A program made the translations under genes and the position numbers. The notes beneath the pieces were generated by a model. It did not search any database and was not told where the DNA came from. It saw only the letters and a list, made by a program, of their open reading frames with translations. From NCBI GenBank assembly GCA_052246995.1, contig JBQPWD010000002.1, positions 64,001 to 128,000 on the forward strand: a stretch of DNA of 64,000 nt, written 5' to 3'. This DNA comes from Candidatus Bathyarchaeota archaeon (GTDB lineage Archaea; Thermoproteota; Bathyarchaeia; Hecatellales; Hecatellaceae). Below are positions 56,047 to 64,000 of the stretch, in pieces. Numbering within the stretch: position 1 is the first letter of the stretch; every line of letters starts with the position of its first letter.

Positions 56047-57045
56047 ATGAATTTTGCTGTTCAGGTTAACAGACTTGTAAAGGTTTACGATGGTAAGGTT
56101 AGGGCTTTAGATGGGGTGGATTTAACTGTTGAAGTTGGAGAAACCTTCGCGTTTCTGGGCCCAAATGGTGCTGGAAAGACTACACTTATACGTATTTTGA
56201 CAACACAAATCAAGCCTACTTTTGGGGAAGCATATGTTTTTGGGTTAAACGTTGTTCGTCAAGGTAGCAAGGTTCGGAAGCTGATAAGCTACGTTCCACA
56301 AGAAGTAAGCGTTTGGACAGACATCAGCGGCTATGAAAATCTTCTGATTTATTCTAAAATTTTCGGTTTACCATCTGATGTGAGAGAGAAAATAATTGAT
56401 GAAGTTTTAGAATATATGGGTTTAACCAGTGTAAAGAATAATCTGGTTCGGACATATTCTGGCGGGATGATTAGGAGACTTGAAATAGCCTGTGCCATGC
56501 TTGTTAAGCCAAAAATCATGTTTTTAGACGAGCCAACTATTGGTTTGGATCCTGCTGCCCGAAAAATTGTCTGGGAAAGGTTAAACGTTTTTAAGAAGGA
56601 GTACAATGTAACCATATTCTTCAACACACATTATCTAGATGAGGCTGACTTGTATGCAGACAAGATATCTATAATTAACCAAGGAAAGATAGTAGCAAAG
56701 GGAACAAGCGAAGAGTTAAAGCATTCGTTGGGCGGTGAAATTATCACATTTACCTTTGAAAAAGCTGAATTTAAACCCGAATTAGCTCAAGAATTTATAA
56801 AATTATGTTTTGTGAGGGATGTCTTCGTTGAAGATGGAAGTTTAAGTGTGTTTGTTGATGATGCTGAATCCGCGTTGTTCAGTTTAATGAACATCTTTAA
56901 GGGTAAAGGCATATCTGTAGGAAAGGTTTCTATTACCAAGCCAACTTTAGATGAAGTCTTCCTTAAATATGCTGGCACACGGCTTGAGGAAGGAGGTAAA
57001 TTTAGTGAGGTTAGGCATAGGCGATATAGAATTAGGAAGGGGTAA
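56047..57045 (+). CDS. ABC-2 exporter ATP-binding subunit (DrrA-like)
   Basis: GPNGAGKTT, YSGGM, LDEPTIGLDP, THY and TLDEVF. Confidence 0.94.
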   Translation: MNFAVQVNRLVKVYDGKVRALDGVDLTVEVGETFAFLGPNGAGKTTLIRILTTQIKPTFGEAYVFGLNVVRQGSKVRKLISYVPQEVSVWTDISGYENLLIYSKIFGLPSDVREKIIDEVLEYMGLTSVKNNLVRTYSGGMIRRLEIACAMLVKPKIMFLDEPTIGLDPAARKIVWERLNVFKKEYNVTIFFNTHYLDEADLYADKISIINQGKIVAKGTSEELKHSLGGEIITFTFEKAEFKPELAQEFIKLCFVRDVFVEDGSLSVFVDDAESALFSLMNIFKGKGISVGKVSITKPTLDEVFLKYAGTRLEEGGKFSEVRHRRYRIRKG

Positions 57046-57048
57046 AAC

Positions 57049-57813
57049 ATGATAGAAGACTTTAAAAACATGCTAGTTATGGTAGAGCTGGAATTGAGAA
57101 GACTACGCCATGACAGAACTGAAATTTACCTTAGGGCTATTCAACCAGTTCTATGGTTAGTCATATATGGATCCATTATGAGCAGCGTTAGGGCTATACC
57201 GACAGGTGGAGTACCATATACAGACTTCATAACTCCAGGAGTTATGATTCAGACAGCAACTTTCGTCAGCATATTCTATGGGTTGATGATGATTTGGGAG
57301 CGTGAGTCCGGTATCCTAAAGAAACTGCTTGTTACTCCAACTTCAAGATACTTCATGGTGATAGGAAGGTCCATGGCTTCAGGTGTAAGAGCCCTTTTTC
57401 AAGCAATATTAATTCTACCCATAGCCCTAATAATTGGTGTACGGCTTATACTTAATCCGATATACGTCATTCTAGCTTTTACAATAATTTTCTTCGTCTC
57501 AGGCGGATTCGCAGCACTATCAATACTTGTAGCCTCAATCATAAAAACTCGTGAAAGATTTATTGGCATAGGCCAAGCCATAGTTATGCCCCTATTTTTT
57601 GCAAGCAACGCCCTGTATCCAGTTCAAATGATGCCTCCAATCCTAAAAGAATTATCAACATTCAACCCGTTAAGCTATGTCATTGATGCAGTAAGAGGCT
57701 TGCTAATTACAGGAGATGTTTCAAATCTCCTACTGGATGTAACTGTGATAATAATTTTCAACATCATAATGTTTGTTACTGCATCAATAAGTTTCAGCAG
57801 AATAATAGAATAA
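57049..57813 (+). CDS. ABC-2 type permease (DrrB-like)
   Basis: Six TM; WERESG.LKKLL.TP; NPLSY..DA.R. Confidence 0.92.
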   Translation: MIEDFKNMLVMVELELRRLRHDRTEIYLRAIQPVLWLVIYGSIMSSVRAIPTGGVPYTDFITPGVMIQTATFVSIFYGLMMIWERESGILKKLLVTPTSRYFMVIGRSMASGVRALFQAILILPIALIIGVRLILNPIYVILAFTIIFFVSGGFAALSILVASIIKTRERFIGIGQAIVMPLFFASNALYPVQMMPPILKELSTFNPLSYVIDAVRGLLITGDVSNLLLDVTVIIIFNIIMFVTASISFSRIIE

Positions 57814-57989
57814 AAAGCCGAGATGAACATTTTATGAAGCCTTATAAACCACCTATTGCTCAGCTACTAAATTTAGGCTTAAAAACTTCCTCTTTTCAAA
57901 TTACATAGTTAAATTAGATTTATGATGTGGTTTTCTGATGGTTCAGGTAAGGTAAACTGTAAATACTGCTTAAGCTTTAATAATTTTCG

Positions 57990-58211
57990 GTGGTGTCTTT
58001 GGCTGGAAAGAGAATTAAAAAGCCTCAAAAAAAGGTTTCGGCAACTCACATTATAAGCTGTAATGTTCATGAAGGTGAACCTTCACGAACAGCTTTACTC
58101 ATCATTTACGATAATGGGGATGTTAATGTTCGCTGTTCGTGTGAAAAATGTGAACTCTGTAAGTATGGTGAACTTATAAAAACCCAACCTAAAACTTCAA
58201 CTCAAACCTAA
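57990..58211 (+). CDS. Small Cys-rich putative zinc-binding protein
   Basis: CNVH and CSCEKCELC; TATA-like element upstream and T-rich tract downstream. Confidence 0.55.
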   Translation: MVSLAGKRIKKPQKKVSATHIISCNVHEGEPSRTALLIIYDNGDVNVRCSCEKCELCKYGELIKTQPKTSTQT

Positions 58212-58422
58212 ACTTTAAACCAGTTTTTCTCTTTACTAAGGTAAAAGCGGCTTTATTTCCAGTTTACATTTTTTCAATTTTTGTTGCGTGTTTCACTACT
58301 TTTCTTATTAACCCTTTTTTCTTTAATCATTCAACTGTTATACATCTAATCAAAGCTGATCCATTGGAGAGGTAGAAATCCTCTACGCTTAAAATTTCTG
58401 AAAATAATTTAACCAAAAAATA

Positions 58423-58501
58423 TGGTGGGGCCGGCCGGATTTGAACCGGCGATCTGGCGGGCCCAAGCCGCCAAGCGTAGACCAGGCTAGCCCACGGCCC
58501 C
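58423..58501 (-). tRNA. tRNA-Pro(TGG)
   Basis: GGGGCCG/CGGCCCC acceptor + ACCA; anticodon arm GGCGG-CTTGGGC-CCGCC; TTCAAAT T-loop; no intron. Confidence 0.95.
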
Positions 58502-58736
58502 TCATAACACGAGGAACACAATATATAGTAGTAAAGCCTCTTCTAAATTTTTCTCTTACATGTAAGAGACGGTTAAATTTAGTAAAGTTAATGAGAAAAA
58601 CCTCATAGCAATTATTAAGTAAAGAAACTACCTTACCGGAGTTAGAAGTTTACTCCTTATTTTTAATGAGTTACGGATAGAAGAAATCTAATATATAAAA
58701 ATTATTTTTATAAAAATATGATGTGGAGGAAAGTGC

Positions 58737-59762
58737 TTGAAAAACTTTAAATTAGCTTTTAATAGGGATTTATGTCTGGCTTGTTCTTCTTATGATTGTT
58801 TAGTTAAATGTCAATACCTGAACTTAGGGTCTACTGAGGCTAGAAGTGAAATTAGAAAAATTATCAGCGGTGAGTTATCCCAAGTTTTGTACAATTGCGT
58901 TACATGTTATGCGTGTGAAGAATATTGTAGATGGGGTAATCATCCATTTTACCTTATAGTTGAACGTCAGGAGGAAAAAGGAATTCTGCCAGCGCCAAAA
59001 CCAATAGTTAAACGTTGGGTTCAAAGTGGAGAGTTAATTGGGAGAGAACCTGAAATTAAACCTGTTAAAGAACCTGTAATTTCTTTATGCTTTTTTCCTC
59101 AACTGGCACCCTTGATTCAAGGTAAGCTTTTCGATGGGGCTTCAGTAATTTACGGACGGCATGTTTTTTGTAATGTTGTTTACTTACATTTTGGAAAGTC
59201 TTCAATAATAAAAGAGAGAGCTCCTATAATAATAGGAAATATTGCAAAATACGGTGTTAAGGAGCTTATATGTTTTCATGATGAATGTTATGGGTTATTT
59301 AAATCATTAGCACCAGCATACAACATCAAAGTACCATTTAAACCTATACATCTTTTTGAGTATCTTTACAACAAGTTAATGGAGCATGAAAAAATTATTA
59401 AGCCGTTAAACTTTAAAGTTGCATATCAGCGTAATTGTTCAACTAGGTTAACACCAGATAAGGAACACTTTGTTGATGATATTTTTGAATTAATTGGTGT
59501 TAAACGTGTTAAGAGGGAGTATGATAGAGAAAACGCGTTATGTTGTGCTGGAATAATAAAGGAACTTGGATATCCTGAGTTGAGCGAAGAATTACAAAGA
59601 AAAAATGTTGAAGATATGAAAAAGGCTGATGCGGAGTATGTTGTTTTTAACTGTCCAATGTGTTACTTTATTTTGGCTGAGAAAGTGGGTAAACTTGGCA
59701 TGAAGCCGATGTTGATGAGTGAACTTTGTAAACTTGCTATAGGTGAGAAACCTATCCTATAG
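58737..59762 (+). CDS. Fe-S protein with CCG domain(s) (HdrB/GlpC-like)
   Basis: CVTCYACEEYC; YQRNC; CCAG; NCPMC. Confidence 0.85.
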   Translation: MKNFKLAFNRDLCLACSSYDCLVKCQYLNLGSTEARSEIRKIISGELSQVLYNCVTCYACEEYCRWGNHPFYLIVERQEEKGILPAPKPIVKRWVQSGELIGREPEIKPVKEPVISLCFFPQLAPLIQGKLFDGASVIYGRHVFCNVVYLHFGKSSIIKERAPIIIGNIAKYGVKELICFHDECYGLFKSLAPAYNIKVPFKPIHLFEYLYNKLMEHEKIIKPLNFKVAYQRNCSTRLTPDKEHFVDDIFELIGVKRVKREYDRENALCCAGIIKELGYPELSEELQRKNVEDMKKADAEYVVFNCPMCYFILAEKVGKLGMKPMLMSELCKLAIGEKPIL

Positions 59763-59771
59763 GGTTTTAAC

Positions 59772-61169
59772 TTGGAGGTAAAAAATATGAGTAGTGTGTA
59801 TGAAGCTTTAGTTAAGATAGTTGGCGAAAATTATGTTTCAGATAGAACTGAGGAAAAGTATTTTTACTCTAGAGACCAAGGATTAATGAAACCTTGTAAA
59901 CCAGATTACATTGTTTTACCTAAAAGTGTAGAGGAAGTTCAAGCAATTGTTAAACTTGCATGTAAAGAAAAAATTCCTATTGTGGTTAGAGGAGCAGGTC
60001 TTGCCTTAACAGGTCTGGTTAGACCCTTAAAGGGTGGAATAGTTTTAGACCTAAAAAGAATGGATAAGATTTTAGAGATTAATGAGAAAGCAAGATACGC
60101 TGTCATTGAGGCTGGAGTTACAACTGGAAAATTAAAAGCATACTTGGAACATTATTATCCACATTTAAGATTTTCAATTCCAGATGCCCCACCTTCTGCA
60201 ACTGTTGCTGGAAACATTGTTATACATGGACAGGGACGATTAGCCCAGCAGTATGGTTTTAATTCTGATATGGTTTGCGGTTTAGAGGTTGTTTTACCTT
60301 CTGGTGATGTTTGTAGAATTGGTTCATGTTCATTATCACCCTACTGGTTTTCTAAAGGACCACCATTACCAGACTTGTCAGGACTTTTCCTAGGGTGGTT
60401 TGGAACAACAGGAATAATAACGAAAATAGGAATAAGATTATACCCAAACAAAAAGATAAGAGATGTAGAAGTCTTTGTAACAGATGATGAAAATCTTGTC
60501 CCAGATATTATATCTCGAATTACCTATACTGAAGTTGCTGAAGATGTAAACGTTTGGACTCAACCATACCCATTAATCTACAGAGGAATACATCATATAA
60601 CTGTATGCTTAACAGGAGATAGTGAGGAAGAAGTTGAGTTTAAAAGAAAACTGGTTGTAGATTCTCTCAGAGAGTATATTAAGCGTAAAGAGGGAGGTTT
60701 TATATTTTTAACACCTGACATTAAATCAACACTACTAGAAATGCCTCTAAGCAGTTTAACACGGTTTGCTGATGTAAAAAGAGGTGGCGGTTTCCAGTAT
60801 ACCGGGCCAATTATTCCTATTGAAAAATATCCTGAAGCTTATAAAAGAATGGTTGATGTAGCTGAAAAATATAAGACCACTTGGGCTGTAGCTTCACGTG
60901 TTATTGGTAGAGGACACTGTATGATGTTTGGTTTTTCATTCCCGTTCAACCGTATAGATCCGTCCGATATTGAACGTGTAGAGAAAGCTTTGCATGAATG
61001 TGACCTTATAGCTTTAGAGCTTGGAGGCCTTCCTTGGAAGGCTGAGGTGCCGGCTCAACAAGAAATTTTAAAACGTATGGATCCAAACACACGCAAGTTA
61101 ATGGTACAAATAAAGAAGCTTCTTGACCCCTATGGTATTATGAACCCTGGAAATTGGGAGGTAGAGTAG
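59772..61169 (+). CDS. glcD: FAD-binding oxidoreductase, GlcD/D-lactate dehydrogenase family
   Basis: P.SVEEV, RGAG, LDLKRMDKI, EAGV, GT.GIITK and DPYGIMNPG. Confidence 0.88.
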   Translation: MEVKNMSSVYEALVKIVGENYVSDRTEEKYFYSRDQGLMKPCKPDYIVLPKSVEEVQAIVKLACKEKIPIVVRGAGLALTGLVRPLKGGIVLDLKRMDKILEINEKARYAVIEAGVTTGKLKAYLEHYYPHLRFSIPDAPPSATVAGNIVIHGQGRLAQQYGFNSDMVCGLEVVLPSGDVCRIGSCSLSPYWFSKGPPLPDLSGLFLGWFGTTGIITKIGIRLYPNKKIRDVEVFVTDDENLVPDIISRITYTEVAEDVNVWTQPYPLIYRGIHHITVCLTGDSEEEVEFKRKLVVDSLREYIKRKEGGFIFLTPDIKSTLLEMPLSSLTRFADVKRGGGFQYTGPIIPIEKYPEAYKRMVDVAEKYKTTWAVASRVIGRGHCMMFGFSFPFNRIDPSDIERVEKALHECDLIALELGGLPWKAEVPAQQEILKRMDPNTRKLMVQIKKLLDPYGIMNPGNWEVE

Positions 61170-61170
61170 C

Positions 61171-62343
61171 TTGGAAAAAACAAGTTTAATTTTTCCTCAA
61201 CTTTACAGATGTTTTGCATGTGGCTACTGTAAGTTTACAAGTGATTTTACAGACTATAATTGTCCTTCGTATAAACGCTTCAAATTTGAAACCTACTTTA
61301 CAGGTGGCAGGTTATGGCTTATGTATGCGTGGTTAAATGGCGAAATTAATTGGAGCAAAAACCTTGCAAATATAATTTACGCATGTACTACATGTAAAAA
61401 TTGTGTTGAACGTTGTCCATTAGGGTTTAATCAAGACATTGTTAACTGGATTACTTTTGTAAGAAGCGAAGTTGTTGAAAAAGGATTGGCTCCTCCTGCT
61501 GTAAGGGATTTTCTTGAAAACATACGAAAGCACGGGAATCCGTGGGGAAAGCCTAGAAGCGAAAGAGAAGCATGGGCTAAAAATGTTGGTGTAAGAAAGT
61601 TTGAGTCTACTGATGATTATCTTCTTTATGTTGGTTGTTTAGCTTCTTACGATGAGCGTACACAGGAAGTAGCTAAAAGTGTTTCGGAAATACTAACTAT
61701 TGCTGGTATTTCATTTGGCATCCTTGGAGATGAAGAAAATTGCGATGGAAACGAAGTTTTTATGCTTGGTGAAAAAGGATTGTATCAGTTGTTAGCTGAA
61801 CAAAATATAAGAAAGTTTAAAGAGTTAAACGTAAAACGGATAATAACAATTTCACCTCATGCATATAATATTATGAAAAACGAATATCCAAAACTTGGAG
61901 GGATGTTTGAAGTACTACATTATACACAAATCTTGCACAACTTAATTAAAAATGGAAAAATAAAACTTTCAAAAAACGAAGTTAAAGTTACCTATCATGA
62001 CCCATGCTTTCTTGGTAGGTATAATTGGATTTACGAGGTTCCAAGAGAAGTTTTAAAAAGCATTCCAGAACTCAAACTTCTGGAGATGAAAAGAAACATG
62101 GGAAATTCGTTTTGCTGTGGAGGTGGAAGCGGAAACTTTGTAACAGACTTTTTAGGAGGTTCTGAAGATAGCCCTAACAGGATTAGAGTTAGAGAGGCTT
62201 ATGAAACTGGAGCTAAAGTTTTAGCGGTAGCATGTCCAAGCTGCCTGACAATGTTTGAAAGTGCATTAAAAGATGAGGAAATGGAGGAAAAATTAATAGT
62301 TAAAGATGTTTCTGAAATTGTAAGGAATTCGTGTAGAAAGTAG
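61171..62343 (+). CDS. hdrD: HdrD/GlcF-like Fe-S oxidoreductase (4Fe-4S dicluster + CCG)
   Basis: CFACGYC, CTTCKNCVERCP, GNPWG, YHDPCFLGR, CCGGG and ACPSC. Confidence 0.85.
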   Translation: MEKTSLIFPQLYRCFACGYCKFTSDFTDYNCPSYKRFKFETYFTGGRLWLMYAWLNGEINWSKNLANIIYACTTCKNCVERCPLGFNQDIVNWITFVRSEVVEKGLAPPAVRDFLENIRKHGNPWGKPRSEREAWAKNVGVRKFESTDDYLLYVGCLASYDERTQEVAKSVSEILTIAGISFGILGDEENCDGNEVFMLGEKGLYQLLAEQNIRKFKELNVKRIITISPHAYNIMKNEYPKLGGMFEVLHYTQILHNLIKNGKIKLSKNEVKVTYHDPCFLGRYNWIYEVPREVLKSIPELKLLEMKRNMGNSFCCGGGSGNFVTDFLGGSEDSPNRIRVREAYETGAKVLAVACPSCLTMFESALKDEEMEEKLIVKDVSEIVRNSCRK

Positions 62344-62363
62344 TTTTTATAAAAGTTTTAATT

Positions 62364-63098
62364 TTAATTTACTTTAAATGTCACAATATTTTGAAGGTAG
62401 CCTTGAATACCTTCAAGAAAAGATTTCAATTTTAGTATGGGTGTTAACGGAACCATGTTAAAAGTTTTGTAAGGTACCTCTGCCAAGGTTACTATTAATG
62501 GTATTACCATACTATCCTTGGCAACTCTTTTTTCAATTTTTCTTAGGGTAAGCGAAACTAGTTTTGCTCTTTCACTCTGCTTTTTTGTTATTTCATCAAT
62601 TCTTGATCTGCTAAGTCCGTGTTTCCAGTGTTTACAATCAACACAAAAACACAGATTCTCGTTAAAGGCTAAAATATCAACCTCAAAAATCTTTCCTTCA
62701 ACCCTTAACCTTTTACGAATCATGGTTTTATAGCCCTTAAACTCGAAAATAGTTTGAACAATTCTTTCAAAATCTTCCCATGATAAGTATCTGCTTACAG
62801 TTTCTATAGTATACCCGCTTTCTACAGCCTTAACACCAATCATAATTTTTTGTAATTGTTCTGCTGTAAAATTTTCTTGAACTTTGTTTACTAATCCTTC
62901 ATTAAGCAGGATGTTTAGGTACGTTAAAACATCGTTCTTGGATGTTAAAAGTATGTTTGCAAGTTCATCTGCCGAGAAAAAGGGTTTTTCCTGCAATATT
63001 TTTAAAATTGACAACAAAAAAGTTCCTTTTAATTGCTTTTCCATTGCACTTTCAGCAAAAATAACTAAGTAAAAGAAAAGTTTTATCTTTATTGTCAA
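62364..63098 (-). CDS. HTH + PD-(D/E)xK (Mrr/NERD-like) nuclease domain protein
   Basis: LSWEDFE, EVDILA and VDCKHW; probable start at MEKQLKG. Confidence 0.75.
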   Translation of the reverse strand: MTIKIKLFFYLVIFAESAMEKQLKGTFLLSILKILQEKPFFSADELANILLTSKNDVLTYLNILLNEGLVNKVQENFTAEQLQKIMIGVKAVESGYTIETVSRYLSWEDFERIVQTIFEFKGYKTMIRKRLRVEGKIFEVDILAFNENLCFCVDCKHWKHGLSRSRIDEITKKQSERAKLVSLTLRKIEKRVAKDSMVIPLIVTLAEVPYKTFNMVPLTPILKLKSFLEGIQGYLQNIVTFKVN

Positions 63099-63148
63099 AT
63101 TTTAACTAAATACTACAGACAAATATTTGATGAGGCATAGGTGAAAAC

Positions 63149-64000
63149 TTGGTAGGCAAAACTATAGTAGAAAAAATTTTGGAAAAGGCTTCTGGAAGAA
63201 GAGTTGAGATTGGTGAGCTTGTAATTGCAAAAATAGATTTTGCTATGGCTCATGATGGTACAGGTCCTTTAGCTATAAAATCGTTTAGAGAGATGGGTGG
63301 TGAAAAAGTTTGGAACTCTAAAAAAATAGCTCTTGCCATAGACCATGTTGCTCCAAGCGCATCTGAGGATGTATCAAACCTTCAAAAACTTCTAAGAAAT
63401 TTTGCTTTTGAGCAAAATATAGAAAACTTTTATGATGTAGGTTGGGGAGTAGGTCACCAATTAATGGTTGAAAATCATGTTCTTCCAGGTATGCTTATTG
63501 TTGGTGCAGATTCTCACACTTGCACCTATGGTGCGTTAGGTGCTTTTGCAACAGGAGTAGGCTCAACAGAAATGGCCGCTGTTTTTAAGACAGGTAAACT
63601 TTGGTTTAAGGTTCCAGAAACTGTTAGATACAATATTTCTGGAAATGTTCCTGCAAATGTTACAGCAAAAGATATAATGTTGTATATTGTTAGTGAAGTG
63701 AAGGCTGATGGTGCAACCTATAAGGTTGTTGATTTTTCTGGAAATGTTGTTAAAAAGTTAAGTGTTGATGGAAGACTAACCTTATGTAATATGGCTGTTG
63801 AAATTGGGGCAAAAACAGGTATTGTTGAACCAGATGATAAGACAGTAAGTTACATTGAGAATGTTAGAGGTAAGGTAGATTTTCAAGTTATAAGAAACGA
63901 TGAAAACGCTTATTTTGAGGAAATATACGAGTTTGATGTTTCTAACCTAGAACCACAGATAGCCTGTCCTCCAACTGTTGACAATGTTAAATCTGTAAGG
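63149..64000 (+). CDS. leuC: 3-isopropylmalate dehydratase / homoaconitase large subunit (partial; runs off window)
   Basis: TTG start, GKTIVEKIL, HDGTGP, DHVAP, GADSHTCTYGALGAFATGVGSTE and LCNMAVE.GAK read from the sequence (not in ORF track). Confidence 0.88.
   Translation, partial: MVGKTIVEKILEKASGRRVEIGELVIAKIDFAMAHDGTGPLAIKSFREMGGEKVWNSKKIALAIDHVAPSASEDVSNLQKLLRNFAFEQNIENFYDVGWGVGHQLMVENHVLPGMLIVGADSHTCTYGALGAFATGVGSTEMAAVFKTGKLWFKVPETVRYNISGNVPANVTAKDIMLYIVSEVKADGATYKVVDFSGNVVKKLSVDGRLTLCNMAVEIGAKTGIVEPDDKTVSYIENVRGKVDFQVIRNDENAYFEEIYEFDVSNLEPQIACPPTVDNVKSVR

Noticed and set aside
53404-58501. tRNA introns or split tRNAs
   Set aside because: Both tRNAs fold as contiguous cloverleafs without bulge-helix-bulge insertions

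Overview
AT-rich archaeal chromosomal window, most consistent with a TACK-lineage archaeon such as Bathyarchaeia. This placement is inferred from PolB1, an ESCRT-III/Vps4 (Cdv) cluster, a thaumarchaeal-type multi-Ig S-layer protein, CofC/CofD, grpE-dnaK and an HdrB-GlcD-HdrD-type cluster. Bases ~2.3-13.6 kb form an accessory toxin-antitoxin island: six HEPN/MNT pairs, two AbrB/VapC pairs and several pseudogene relics, interleaved with a pentameric ligand-gated ion channel, a methanogenesis-marker-8 protein and ~1 kb of non-coding DNA with 8-bp periodic repeats. Next come an S-layer operon (SlaA-like plus two membrane-anchored stalk proteins) and a tandem pair of RHH+V4R-like proteins directly upstream of cdvB1-cdvB-cdvC. 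The rest is mostly housekeeping and metabolism: cofCD, ilvE, polB1, speB, dhs, endonuclease IV, htpX, an abfD-like gene and a chaperone cluster with an HSR1-like box. It also holds an HTH-solute-binding fusion regulator with a visible tandem operator in front of an SSS transporter, tRNA-Ser(GCT) flanked by a decayed tyrosine integrase, FixCX-like genes, an ABC-2 exporter, tRNA-Pro(TGG), an Fe-S/FAD oxidoreductase trio and a partial leuC-family gene. No CRISPR array or rRNA was seen. All family calls come from motif recognition by eye; no database search was run.
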